Shown piece by piece: positions 8,921 to 19,453 of a stretch of DNA of 64,000 bases. A program made the position numbers and the translations under genes. The notes under the pieces are model-generated. The model was given only the letters and a program-made list of their open reading frames with translations, was not told where the DNA came from and made no database searches. This stretch comes from a virus. The stretch covers positions 15,495 to 79,494 of IMG/VR virus record IMGVR_UViG_3300030104_003924; one strand, given 5' to 3'. How positions within the stretch are numbered: the stretch's first letter is position 1; the number at the start of each line of letters is the position of its first letter.

Positions 8921-11136
8921 TGTACGAGCAAAGTTTAGTTAAAATAATAGAACCTATTAAACGCACGACTATAAGTCGGCTTAACAAATCTAAAAAATGG
9001 AAATATGGATACAATAAAGAACACGATGTCATCGTTATATCAAAAACTGGTAAAATTGGTGAAATACTTGAAATACAAAACTTGCGCATTGCTTTACCGT
9101 TGCAACCAAAAGACGTGTACGTGCACCCTAAAAACAAATGGGTAAAACAAGAACAACCAAAAGAATTATCTCGTCTAAAAAATATATTTGATTGGAGAAA
9201 TTATCCAGAAGAAAATAAAGAACAATGGTTTGATTATATAGACGAGGAATTTAAAAGAAGAGACGAAGGATTTTGGTTTACAAATAGCGGTAAACCAACT
9301 TATATAGTGGGCACGCACTACATGTATTTACAATGGAGTAAAATAGATGTTGGTGCACCTGATTTTAGAGAAGCAAATAGATTGTTCTTTATATTTTGGG
9401 AAGCTTGCAAGGCAGACAAAAGATGTTATGGAATGTGTTATTTGAAAAACAGACGATCTGGGTTTTCTTTCATGAGTTCTGCCGAAACAGTAAACCAAGC
9501 AACTTTAGCAAGTGATAGCAGGTTTGGTATATTATCTAAAACTGGTGCGGACGCGAAAAAGATGTTTACGGATAAAGTTGTACCTATTAGCATAAATTAT
9601 CCATTCTTTTTTAAACCGATTCAAGATGGTATGGATCGTCCGAAATCGGAATTAGCATATAGAGTTCCTGCTAGTAAATTTACTAGAAAGAAAATGTCTG
9701 CTACAGATGGCATGGAAGATGTTGAAGGTTTAGATACAACTATTGATTGGAAGAACACTGGTGATAATAGTTATGACGGTGAAAAATTAGCGTTACTAGT
9801 ACATGATGAAAGTGGTAAATGGGAAAGACCCGATAATATATTAAACAACTGGAGAGTTACAAAAACGTGTTTACGATTAGGTAGTAGAATAGTTGGTAAA
9901 TGCATGATGGGCTCAACTTCAAATGCATTAGACAAAGGTGGGGACAACTTTAAAAAACTATATAACGCTTCAGACGTCACGAAAAGAAATAGAAATGGAC
10001 AAACAAAATCTGGTTTATATTCTTTGTTTATCCCAATGGAGTGGAACTACGAAGGATTTATTGATGAACACGGACATCCAGTCTTTGATAATCCAAGTGA
10101 TGATGTACTCGGACCAGACGGTGAATTAATAGACATTGGTATTATAGAGCATTGGCAAAATGAAGCCGATGGTTTAAAAGGAGATCACGATGCTTTAAAT
10201 GAGTTTTATAGACAGTTTCCAAAAACTACTGAACACGCGTTTAGAGATGAGGCTAAAGGAAGTATATTTAACTTAGTAAAAATATACGAGCAGATAGATT
10301 ATAACGATGAAATGTCTAGGACATTAGGTTTGACAACCGGTAACTTTCAATGGGTAAATGGAATAAAAGATACACAGGTGATATTTTACCCAGATCAAAA
10401 AGGTAGATTTAACATAACTTGGGTTCCACCTCAGCATTTACAAAATAATATCGTTTTAAAAAATGGTTTAAAATATCCGGGTAACGAGCACATGGGAGCT
10501 TTTGGCTGTGATAGTTACGATATATCAGGAACCGTAGATGGTGTAGGATCTAAAGGAGCATTACACGGTTTAACTAAGTTTAGCATGGAAGATGCTCCTG
10601 CAAACACATTCTTTTTAGAATACTTATCAAGACCGCCTACGGCGGAAATATTCTTTGAAGATATGTTAATGGCATTAGTATTTTATGGAATGCCAATATT
10701 AGCAGAGAATAATAAACCTCGACTTTTATATTATTTAAGACGTAGAGGATATAGAGGGTTTAGTATGAATAGACCTGATAAGATATGGAATAAATTATCT
10801 GTTGCAGAAAAAGAAGTTGGTGGTATACCGAACTCAAGTGAAGATATAAAACAAGCACACGCCGCAGCAATCGAAATGTATATACAAAGCCACGTGGGGT
10901 TACAGCGAGATGGAAATCTTGGTAATATGTATTTTAATAGAACCTTAAACGATTGGAGTAGATTTGATATAACAAAGAGAACAAAATACGATGCGACGAT
11001 AAGTTCAGGTTTAGCTATTATGGCTAACAATAGGCATTTATACGCACCAAATGCTAAAATAGAAAAACCAAAATTAAATATACATATTTCTAGATATTCA
11101 AATAGTGGAAATACGTCAAAAATAATAGAAAAATAA
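8920..11136 (+). CDS. terL: Terminase large subunit
   Basis: Walker A-like KNRRSGFS, Walker B LLVHDESGK, coupling motif MGST, nuclease GCDSYD and YDATIS. Lies before the portal. Confidence 0.93.
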   Translation: MYEQSLVKIIEPIKRTTISRLNKSKKWKYGYNKEHDVIVISKTGKIGEILEIQNLRIALPLQPKDVYVHPKNKWVKQEQPKELSRLKNIFDWRNYPEENKEQWFDYIDEEFKRRDEGFWFTNSGKPTYIVGTHYMYLQWSKIDVGAPDFREANRLFFIFWEACKADKRCYGMCYLKNRRSGFSFMSSAETVNQATLASDSRFGILSKTGADAKKMFTDKVVPISINYPFFFKPIQDGMDRPKSELAYRVPASKFTRKKMSATDGMEDVEGLDTTIDWKNTGDNSYDGEKLALLVHDESGKWERPDNILNNWRVTKTCLRLGSRIVGKCMMGSTSNALDKGGDNFKKLYNASDVTKRNRNGQTKSGLYSLFIPMEWNYEGFIDEHGHPVFDNPSDDVLGPDGELIDIGIIEHWQNEADGLKGDHDALNEFYRQFPKTTEHAFRDEAKGSIFNLVKIYEQIDYNDEMSRTLGLTTGNFQWVNGIKDTQVIFYPDQKGRFNITWVPPQHLQNNIVLKNGLKYPGNEHMGAFGCDSYDISGTVDGVGSKGALHGLTKFSMEDAPANTFFLEYLSRPPTAEIFFEDMLMALVFYGMPILAENNKPRLLYYLRRRGYRGFSMNRPDKIWNKLSVAEKEVGGIPNSSEDIKQAHAAAIEMYIQSHVGLQRDGNLGNMYFNRTLNDWSRFDITKRTKYDATISSGLAIMANNRHLYAPNAKIEKPKLNIHISRYSNSGNTSKIIEK

Positions 11137-11139
11137 GAT

Positions 11140-13539
11140 ATGTCAACATTTAAAAATCGTAATTTCCCGAGTCAAGTAGTGAGTGATGTAGAGAAGATTA
11201 GCTACGAGTATGGTTTAAAAGTTGCGAAAGCTATAGAGGCAGAGTGGTTTGAAGAAAATACCACGTCTAACAGATGGAAAAATAATCATAACGACTTTCA
11301 CAATTTAAGATTATACGCTAGGGGAGAGCAATCTATTCAAAAATATAAAGATGAATTATCTATCAATGGTGATTTATCCTATTTAAATTTAGATTGGAAA
11401 CCAGTTCCTATCATACCTAAATTCGTAGATATTCTAGTGAATGGTATGACACAGAGAAATTATGACATAAAGGCTTATTCTCAAGATCCTTATGGCGTTG
11501 GTAGAAGAACTGCTTATATGGACGCTATATTAAAAGACATGCGTGCTAAAGAGTTAAACGATTACGTTAAACAAGCATTTAGTATAAATTTATATAGTAG
11601 TGATCCAGAAGAACTTCCACAAACAGAAGAAGAATTAAAGCTGCACATGCAATTGACATATAAGCAAAGTGTTGAATTAGCAGAAGAACAAGCATTAAAT
11701 ACTTTATTCGAAGGTAATAATTACGATTTAACTAGAAAACGTTTTTATTATGATTTAGCCGTTCTTGGAATTGGCGCTGTAAAAACCTCATTTAACACCT
11801 CTGAAGGTGTTGTTATAGATTATGTCGATCCTGCTAATCTAGTTTACTCTCACACAGATTCTCCTTATTTTGATGATATATATTACGTTGGTGAAGTTAA
11901 AACTATTCCTATAAATGAATTGGTTAAGCAATTTCCGTTTTTAGAAAATGAAGATATTGAAGAAATATTAAATACTAAAACTTACAATAGAGGTAATTAT
12001 AATAGATTAAACTCTTTAGACAACGAAGATAATAATAAAGTTCAAGTTTTATATTTTAATTATAAAACTTATATGAACGAAGTTTATAAAGTTAAGCAAA
12101 CAGGTAGTGGTTCTGAAAGAGCAATACAAAAAGATGATACTTTTAACCCACCAGAAGGAATGGAAGGAGGATATAGTAAAGTTGCTAGATCTATAGAATG
12201 TCTTTACGATGGGGCTATAATTCTTGGCACCGATAAATTACTTAAGTGGGAGATGGCAAAAAATATGCTACGTCCAAAAAGTGATTTTACTAAAGTGAAA
12301 ATGAATTATTCTATAGTAGCGCCAAGAATGTATGATGGTAAAATAGAATCTTTAGTTAGTAGAATAACTGGTTTTGCCGACATGATACAGTTGACTCATC
12401 TAAAATTACAACAAGTATTATCTAGAATGGTTCCTGATGGTGTTTATATGGATGCAGATGGTTTAGCTGAAATAGATTTAGGTAATGGTACGAATTACAA
12501 TCCACAAGAAGCGTTAAACATGTATTTCCAAACAGGTTCTGTTATCGGTAGATCCTTAACCCAAGAAGGTGATATGAACGCTGGTAAAATGCCGATACAA
12601 GAAATATCAGGTGGTCAAGGTGCTGGAAATAAAATGCAAGCGCTTATAGGTAATTACAATTATTACTTACAAATGATAAGAGATGTAACCGGACTTAACG
12701 AAGCTAGAGACGGTAGTAATCCTGATAAGTATTCTTTATTAGGTGTGCAAAAGCTAGCGGCAGCAAACTCAAATGTGGCAACTAGACATGTCTTACAATC
12801 CGGGTTATTCTTAACAGCCTCTGTGGCTGAATGTTTATCACTTAGAATATCAGATATATTAGAGTACTCTCCAACTAGAGAGGCGTTTATAAGAAGTATC
12901 GGGATGCATAATGTCGCTACTCTACAAGAAATAAGTGAATTACACTTATATGATTTTGGTATATTCATAGAGTTAGCTCCTGACGAAGAAGAAAAACAAA
13001 TGTTAGAAAACAACATACAAATGGCCCTTCAACAACAAAGTATTGATTTAGAAGATGCTATTGATCTTAGAGAGATTAAAAGTGTAAAGTTAGCTAATCA
13101 AGTTCTTAAAATAAGAAGAAAAAAGAAACTAGAACGAGATCAACAAATGCAACAAGAAAACATGCGGGCTCAAGCTGAAGCAAATGCACAACAACAACAA
13201 GCAGCTGCTCAAGCCGAAGTTCAAAAACAACAAGCGTTAACACAATCTCAAATATCATTAGAACAAGCTAAAGCTCAAATGGCTTCTCAAACTTTAGTTC
13301 AAGAAACTGAAATGAAAAAACAATTAATGGAAATAGAGTTTGGTTATGATATGCAGTTAAAAAGAGCTGATGTAGATAATGCTAACCAAAAAGAAACGGA
13401 AAAAGAAAACCGTAAAGACGAAAGAACTAGAATTCAAGCAACTCAACAAAGTGAGATGATTGATCAAAGAAATAACCAAAAACCAGCTAAAAACTTTGAA
13501 ACTCCAAGTGATGATATGATGGAGGGTTTTAGTCTTTAG
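11140..13539 (+). CDS. Portal protein
   Basis: 799 aa after terL. PIIPKFVD, DVTGLNEARDG and a Gln-rich C-terminal barrel helix typical of podoviral portals. Confidence 0.88.
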   Translation: MSTFKNRNFPSQVVSDVEKISYEYGLKVAKAIEAEWFEENTTSNRWKNNHNDFHNLRLYARGEQSIQKYKDELSINGDLSYLNLDWKPVPIIPKFVDILVNGMTQRNYDIKAYSQDPYGVGRRTAYMDAILKDMRAKELNDYVKQAFSINLYSSDPEELPQTEEELKLHMQLTYKQSVELAEEQALNTLFEGNNYDLTRKRFYYDLAVLGIGAVKTSFNTSEGVVIDYVDPANLVYSHTDSPYFDDIYYVGEVKTIPINELVKQFPFLENEDIEEILNTKTYNRGNYNRLNSLDNEDNNKVQVLYFNYKTYMNEVYKVKQTGSGSERAIQKDDTFNPPEGMEGGYSKVARSIECLYDGAIILGTDKLLKWEMAKNMLRPKSDFTKVKMNYSIVAPRMYDGKIESLVSRITGFADMIQLTHLKLQQVLSRMVPDGVYMDADGLAEIDLGNGTNYNPQEALNMYFQTGSVIGRSLTQEGDMNAGKMPIQEISGGQGAGNKMQALIGNYNYYLQMIRDVTGLNEARDGSNPDKYSLLGVQKLAAANSNVATRHVLQSGLFLTASVAECLSLRISDILEYSPTREAFIRSIGMHNVATLQEISELHLYDFGIFIELAPDEEEKQMLENNIQMALQQQSIDLEDAIDLREIKSVKLANQVLKIRRKKKLERDQQMQQENMRAQAEANAQQQQAAAQAEVQKQQALTQSQISLEQAKAQMASQTLVQETEMKKQLMEIEFGYDMQLKRADVDNANQKETEKENRKDERTRIQATQQSEMIDQRNNQKPAKNFETPSDDMMEGFSL

Positions 13540-13574
13540 GATGTAAAATTTATTAACTATTATTATATTATATT

Positions 13575-14825
13575 ATGGCAGAAAAAGAAGAAGGACCAAT
13601 CGTAGATAACGAAGTTGGTTCATTAAAAGTAAAAGAAAAAACAGAAAAACAACCAGATGGCAACGAAACTAAAGGTGATGTTACCAAGGTTAAAGAAAAA
13701 ATGAAAATGAAATCACAAGTTATTGAGGAGTCAGTGACTAAAATTGATTTAAACAAACCAACAAAACCAGAAGAAAATGAAACTAAAAAAGATAACACTA
13801 ACGACAAGGGAGTGGTTGGAGAGTCTAAAGACACCAACACCTCACAAGAACAAAAAGAAGTACAGTCGAAAGCAGAAGCACAAGAAGCTCCAGTTTTAGA
13901 AGAAATAACTTCAACTGAAGAAACAAAAGAAGAAGTTGTTGAATCTACACCTGAAGAAGTTATAGAGACTATTAAAGAGGCGGAAGCGACTGGAGAACCT
14001 TTACCAGAAAATATACAAAAACTTGTAAACTTTATGAGTGAAACTGGTGGAGATTTAAATGATTACGTTAAACTTAATCAAGACTATAGTGAGTTAGACA
14101 ATCAAGATTTACTATATGAATATTATAAACAAACAAAACCTCATTTAAATGCAGAAGAAATTAACTTCCTTATGGAAGATCAATTCTCTTACGACGAGGA
14201 TAGAGACGAAGAGAAAGATATTAAAAGAAAAAAATTAGCGTTAAAAGAGCAAGTTGCCAACGCTAAAAGCCACCTGGACGGGCTAAAGTCCAAATACTAT
14301 GAAGATATCAAAGCTGGATCGAAACTCACGAGTGAGCAACAGAAAGCAATTGATTTCTTTAATAGATACAATGAAGAAGAGGCAAAAAACAAAGAGGGTA
14401 ACGAGAAAAGAGTATCTAATTTTAAAGAAAAAACTAAAAATGTTTTTAATGATAAATTCAAAGGTTTTGAATATAGCATAGGAGACAAAAGGTTTAGATA
14501 CAACGTTCAAGATGCAGAAAAAGTTAAAGACACTCAAAGCGACATAAGTAATTTTATCGGAAAGTTTCTTGATAAAGATCAAAATATGAACGATGCTGAG
14601 GGTTATCATAAATCGCTTTTTACAGCAATGAATCCTGACGCTATTGCCAAACACTTCTACGAACAAGGCCAAGCTGATGCTTTAAGAGAAAGCGTTGCTA
14701 AAGGTAAAAATATTGACATGGAACCTAGGCAAGCACACGGTGAAGTACAAGCTGGTGGAGTTAAAGTTAGAGTGTTAGGTGATGACACTTCTGATTTCAA
14801 GTTTAAAATTAAAAATAAAAAATAA
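13575..14825 (+). CDS. Capsid scaffolding protein
   Basis: Acidic low-complexity N-terminus, helical C-terminus, lies between portal and capsid. Confidence 0.7.
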   Translation: MAEKEEGPIVDNEVGSLKVKEKTEKQPDGNETKGDVTKVKEKMKMKSQVIEESVTKIDLNKPTKPEENETKKDNTNDKGVVGESKDTNTSQEQKEVQSKAEAQEAPVLEEITSTEETKEEVVESTPEEVIETIKEAEATGEPLPENIQKLVNFMSETGGDLNDYVKLNQDYSELDNQDLLYEYYKQTKPHLNAEEINFLMEDQFSYDEDRDEEKDIKRKKLALKEQVANAKSHLDGLKSKYYEDIKAGSKLTSEQQKAIDFFNRYNEEEAKNKEGNEKRVSNFKEKTKNVFNDKFKGFEYSIGDKRFRYNVQDAEKVKDTQSDISNFIGKFLDKDQNMNDAEGYHKSLFTAMNPDAIAKHFYEQGQADALRESVAKGKNIDMEPRQAHGEVQAGGVKVRVLGDDTSDFKFKIKNKK

Positions 14826-14844
14826 CAATTAAAATTACAAAATT

Positions 14845-16356
14845 ATGGCAATTACTGCAGGAACTAGTTTGAATAGTGTGCCAGCTCCAAAGAAGCAAAC
14901 ACTAGCTACAAACTATCTAGACCTTTCATCTGCGTCAAACGCAGGTTGGGGACAACAATATGTACCAGATCTAATGGAGAAAGAAGCTGAGGTATTTGGT
15001 CCTAGGACTATATCTGGTTTCCTTTCGCAAGTTGGAGCTGAAGAAGCGATGCAAGCTGATCAAGTTATTTGGTCTGAGCAAGGTCGTTTACACTTATCAT
15101 ACAAAGCTTACGTAAGTTCCGCTTCTGGTGGTGCTAACGCGGGTACTGGTGGTACTTCCGTTATTACGGTAGAAAAAGATATCGATGGTATCGCTATTTC
15201 TAGTGATGGTCACGGTATTAGAGTTAACGATATGATTATAGTATCTGATACAACTAATGGTATCGTTAAATGTTTAGTTACAGCTGTATCAGCTACAACA
15301 GTTGATGTTTTACCTTACGACCTTGGTGCTGCTAATTTAGGCACAACAACTTCAGAGCAAACAACTATATTAGTTTTTGGTTCTGAATTCGGTAAAGGTG
15401 CAAGCTATCCTGATGGAGGTGCGGCTACTACTTCTAGTGATTCTAGAGGTGCTAACGAGCCAAGATTTACTACTTTCACAAACAAACCAATTATAATGAA
15501 AGATTACTACGAAGTATCAGGTTCTGATGTTTCTAAAATCGGTTGGGTTGAAATCGCTGCTGAAGATGGTACTTCTGGTTACTTATGGTACTTAAAAGCT
15601 GAGTCTGACACTAGAGCACGTTTTAATGACTATATTGAAATGGCAATGATTGAATCTGAGAAAAACGATGCTTCATCTTTAGTTGACAACTCGATTAACT
15701 TAGGTTCTACTGGAACTGGTACTGGTGCTGCTGGTACTGAAGGTTTATTCGCTGCTGTTGAATCAAGAGGTAACTTAACTTCTGGTATTACTGGTGTTAA
15801 CGCTGCTACTGATTTAGCTGAGTTCGATGCTATCTTAGCTGAGTTTGATAATCAAGGTGCTATTGAAGAAAACATGATGTTCGTTAATAGAGCTACGTCT
15901 CTAGCAATGGATGACATGCTAGCTTCTATGAATTCTTACGGCGCTGGTGGTACTTCTTATGGAGTATTCAACAACTCTGAAGATATGGCTTTAAACTTAG
16001 GTTTCTCTGGATTCCGAAGAGGTTCTTATGACTTCTACAAATCTGACTTCAGATACTTAAATGACAAGGCTACAAGAGGTGGAATTAATGCTGCTAGTAC
16101 TGCTAACGCTACTAGAGGTATAATGATTCCAGCTGGTACTTCTACTGTTTATGACCAAATGTTAGGGAAAAACTTAAAACGTCCGTTCTTACACGTTCGT
16201 TATAGAGCTTCTCAAACTGATGACAGAAGAATGAAAACTTGGACAACTGGTTCTGTTGGAGCTGCTACATCCGCTTTAGATGCGATGCAAATCCACATGT
16301 TAACTGAAAGATGTTTAATTACTCAAGGTGCTAACAACTTCATGTTATTGAAGTAA
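14845..16356 (+). CDS. Major capsid protein
   Basis: 503 aa after the scaffold, strongly biased codons (gct/ggt/act), followed by a terminator. Confidence 0.88.
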   Translation: MAITAGTSLNSVPAPKKQTLATNYLDLSSASNAGWGQQYVPDLMEKEAEVFGPRTISGFLSQVGAEEAMQADQVIWSEQGRLHLSYKAYVSSASGGANAGTGGTSVITVEKDIDGIAISSDGHGIRVNDMIIVSDTTNGIVKCLVTAVSATTVDVLPYDLGAANLGTTTSEQTTILVFGSEFGKGASYPDGGAATTSSDSRGANEPRFTTFTNKPIIMKDYYEVSGSDVSKIGWVEIAAEDGTSGYLWYLKAESDTRARFNDYIEMAMIESEKNDASSLVDNSINLGSTGTGTGAAGTEGLFAAVESRGNLTSGITGVNAATDLAEFDAILAEFDNQGAIEENMMFVNRATSLAMDDMLASMNSYGAGGTSYGVFNNSEDMALNLGFSGFRRGSYDFYKSDFRYLNDKATRGGINAASTANATRGIMIPAGTSTVYDQMLGKNLKRPFLHVRYRASQTDDRRMKTWTTGSVGAATSALDAMQIHMLTERCLITQGANNFMLLK

Positions 16357-16374
16357 GCATTTATATTTTAAAGA

Positions 16375-16407
16375 GACTGGGATTAATTTCCCAGTCCCTT
16401 TATTTTT
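16375..16407 (+). terminator. Rho-independent terminator after the capsid gene
   Basis: Stem-loop gactggga-ttaattt-cccagtc followed by cctttattttt. Confidence 0.75.
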
Positions 16408-16431
16408 ATTAATTTTATTATATATTATATT

Positions 16432-17289
16432 ATGGCAAAAAAAGCAAAAAAAGTGGCAAAACCACAAGTAGAAGAAACGTTTGAAGAAACGTTTGAAGAA
16501 GTAGCGGTAGAAACACCGCCGGTTGTAGAACAACCAAAAGCAAGAGAAAGAAAAAAACCATCTAACGAATGGGAAATAAGAGATAGATTATATTTATTAA
16601 AGGGTGGTAAAAAACCGCTTTCAAGATCAATAAAATCAGCTAGTATATATTATTTTGACGAGGAAAAAGGTTACGAAAGAGAACTTAAATATTGTCAAAA
16701 TCAAAAAACTCCTTTTGTAGATGAAATGAAAGGTGATCAAAGATTAGAACATATTATCTTTAGATCTGGGCAATTATTTGTACCAAAAGAAAAAACAACA
16801 TTACAAAAACTTTTATCATTATATCATCCTCATAGAGATAAATTATATGAAGAATATATGCCAGCAGCAATAGCAGCTGATGAGATAGATGTGCTAGAAA
16901 TGCAAGTTGACGCCTTAATGGCAGCTAGAAATATCGATATTGATATGGCAGAGGCTATTATGCGTGTAGAGGTTGGTTCTAAGGTATCAGATTTAAGTTC
17001 TAAGGAACTTAGAAGAGATTTATTAGTATTTGCGCGTAATAATCCTAAACTATTCTTAGAACTCGCGGATGATGAAAACGTAATGCTAAGAAATTTTGGT
17101 ATTAAAGCTGTAGAAAGTGGAATATTAAGATTGTCTTCTGATCAAAGAAATTTCTTATGGGGTTCTAATGGTAGAAAAATAATGGTTATACCATTTGACG
17201 AGCATCCATATACTGCTTTAGCACATTGGTTTAAAACTGATGAAGGTATGGAGATATACTCAAATATAGAAAAAAGATTAAATCAATAA
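16432..17289 (+). CDS. Conserved head-associated hypothetical protein
   Basis: 285 aa directly after the capsid gene, charged N-terminus. Confidence 0.65.
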   Translation: MAKKAKKVAKPQVEETFEETFEEVAVETPPVVEQPKARERKKPSNEWEIRDRLYLLKGGKKPLSRSIKSASIYYFDEEKGYERELKYCQNQKTPFVDEMKGDQRLEHIIFRSGQLFVPKEKTTLQKLLSLYHPHRDKLYEEYMPAAIAADEIDVLEMQVDALMAARNIDIDMAEAIMRVEVGSKVSDLSSKELRRDLLVFARNNPKLFLELADDENVMLRNFGIKAVESGILRLSSDQRNFLWGSNGRKIMVIPFDEHPYTALAHWFKTDEGMEIYSNIEKRLNQ

Positions 17290-17298
17290 TCAATTAAT

Positions 17299-17327
17299 AT
17301 GGTTGCCCTTCGGGGCGACCATTTATT
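17299..17327 (+). terminator. Stable hairpin with cUUCGg tetraloop, probable terminator
   Basis: atggttgccc-ttcg-gggcgaccat followed by ttatt. Confidence 0.75.
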
Positions 17328-17341
17328 AAAAATCAAATTAT

Positions 17342-17530
17342 ATGAAAAAATCAAAAGGATTAGGCGATACAATAGAAAAAATAACACAAGCGACTGGTAT
17401 AAAAAAAGTTGTAGACACCGTTAGTAAAGCTACTGGGAAGGATTGCGGTTGCGGGAAACGCAAAGAAAGTCTAAACAAATTATTTCCTTATAATCCAAAA
17501 GGGCAATGGCTAAGTCAAAGGTTTAAATAA
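17342..17530 (+). CDS. Small basic protein with CGC motif
   Basis: GLGDTIEKIT.ATGIKK...DCGC.KRKE.LN.LFPY, a pattern I recognise from aquatic phages. Confidence 0.7.
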   Translation: MKKSKGLGDTIEKITQATGIKKVVDTVSKATGKDCGCGKRKESLNKLFPYNPKGQWLSQRFK

Positions 17531-17539
17531 AAAAATAAA

Positions 17540-18247
17540 ATGGTTAATATAGATACGGTATATCAAAGAGTTTTAGCTTTAGCTAATAAAGAGCAAAGGG
17601 GTTATATAACACCTCTAGAGTTTAATCTTTTAGCTAACCAAGCACAGCTAGACGTTTTTGAGCAATATTTTTACGATAGAAATCAAACAACTAGAGTTCC
17701 TGGTAATGGTACTCATTTTTCAGATGTAGACAGCATGTTGGATGAAAAAATATCTATATTTGAAGTTGAAGTTAATTCTTCAAATGGGATTTTACCAGTT
17801 AATCTTTATCGATTAGGATCTATAATGACAAGTCCTTCTCAGGGCGTAACAGTAGAAGCAAAAAACGTTAACATAAGAGATTGGTCTAATATTAGCAATT
17901 CACCTTTATTACAACCAACAGATAATAGACCTGTTTATATAAGAAGAAACAACACAGTTGAAGTGTTTGGAACTGATAATGTTAATATAGCTCTTGGAGC
18001 TAATACCGCTGTTATTAATTATATAGCACAACCAAACAGAGTTGAATGGGGATATGATGTAGTTGGAGAGAAAGCGTTATATAATGGTTCTCCAAATAAA
18101 ACAACTCACTTTCAACATCATCCATCTGAAGAAACCACTCTAGTTATAAAGATATTAGAATTAGCGGGTGTTATAATACAAGATCCAGGTGTTATACAAT
18201 ATGCTGATCAAGAGCAAACAAAGAAAATACAACAAGAAAAATCATAA
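17540..18247 (+). CDS. Tail adaptor/ring protein
   Basis: NKEQRGYITP.EFN...QAQ. Position between head and tail genes. Confidence 0.65.
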   Translation: MVNIDTVYQRVLALANKEQRGYITPLEFNLLANQAQLDVFEQYFYDRNQTTRVPGNGTHFSDVDSMLDEKISIFEVEVNSSNGILPVNLYRLGSIMTSPSQGVTVEAKNVNIRDWSNISNSPLLQPTDNRPVYIRRNNTVEVFGTDNVNIALGANTAVINYIAQPNRVEWGYDVVGEKALYNGSPNKTTHFQHHPSEETTLVIKILELAGVIIQDPGVIQYADQEQTKKIQQEKS

Positions 18248-18250
18248 TAA

Positions 18251-19450
18251 ATGGGATTAATAAAGCAAACGCAACAACAGTATTATGGAGGAACCAAGTC
18301 ATTTACTGGTGATGGTGTAACAAATATATTTACTATATCAACAACAGTAACTCAATTCCCAACAACTTTTAGCGCAACGGGTGTAGAGAATCCAAATGTA
18401 AATGTTTATATAAATGGAGTTTTATATGCACAATCTTTTTTAGACGCAGGTGGTATACAAACAGTTAACTATGATTTTAATTATACAGTTACAGATGGCT
18501 GGCATGTTAACTTTCTTATAACAACACCTGCTGTTGGTGAAAATATAAAAGTAGTAGTAGACACGAGTCAATACCAAAACCCGGCTACAAATATAGTAGA
18601 GGACGTTGTGCCTTATCAATTTACTACACTTAAAGATATTATCAATAATTTTATAATAGCATATACTGGTGAAGATAAAATAATATCTAAAGCAAATAGA
18701 ACTGACATACAGTTTCATGCCATGAGAGCACTGCAAGAATTATCATTCGATACTTTTAAATCGACTAAAGCCCAGGAAATAGAAATACCTCCATCTTTAA
18801 AAATGATACTTCCACATGACTATGTTAACTATGTAAAACTAACATGGAAAGATTCTGCTGGTATTGAAAAAGTAATATACCCTTCTATAGTATCATCTGA
18901 TCCAAAAGCTATAAAACAAAATAGTGATGGTACGTATGATTTTGATATTAATGGAGACGGTATAAACGACACGCCAAACCTAATAAGTCCAGATGATTCA
19001 GATACATGGCAAAGTTATAATTCCGCAACGGTAGTTCAAAATAACATTTCTAGCTATGAAGATGACACTTATTGGCCTTTAGATGGTAGTAGATATGGTA
19101 TAAACCCACAACAAGCGCAATCTAATGGTGCTTTTTACATAAACGATACCGAAGGTTATATACATTTTAGTTCAAATATGGCAGGACTAACTGTAACGCT
19201 TAAATATATAAGCGATAGTCTTGGTACAGATGAAGAGATGCAAGTACATAAACTAGCTGAAGAAGCTATGTATAAACATATTATGTATGCGTTACTTTCA
19301 ACAAGAATGAATATACCGGAGTACGTAATACAAAGATATAAAAAAGAAAGGTTTGCTGAAACAAGAAAAGCAAAACTAAGACTATCAAATATCAAACTAG
19401 AAGAAATCACTCAAATTTTAAGAGGTAAATCCAAATTTATAAAACACTAG
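18251..19450 (+). CDS. Tail ring protein with N-terminal beta insertion
   Basis: RALQELSFD, ILPHDYVNYVKL, LKYISD. Inserted FTGDGVT...VYING module. Confidence 0.65.
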   Translation: MGLIKQTQQQYYGGTKSFTGDGVTNIFTISTTVTQFPTTFSATGVENPNVNVYINGVLYAQSFLDAGGIQTVNYDFNYTVTDGWHVNFLITTPAVGENIKVVVDTSQYQNPATNIVEDVVPYQFTTLKDIINNFIIAYTGEDKIISKANRTDIQFHAMRALQELSFDTFKSTKAQEIEIPPSLKMILPHDYVNYVKLTWKDSAGIEKVIYPSIVSSDPKAIKQNSDGTYDFDINGDGINDTPNLISPDDSDTWQSYNSATVVQNNISSYEDDTYWPLDGSRYGINPQQAQSNGAFYINDTEGYIHFSSNMAGLTVTLKYISDSLGTDEEMQVHKLAEEAMYKHIMYALLSTRMNIPEYVIQRYKKERFAETRKAKLRLSNIKLEEITQILRGKSKFIKH

Positions 19451-19453
19451 AAT

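Noticed and set aside
16471-16500. 12-nt tandem repeat gaagaaacgttt
   Set aside because: In-frame slippage in a low-complexity N-terminus with no sign of function.
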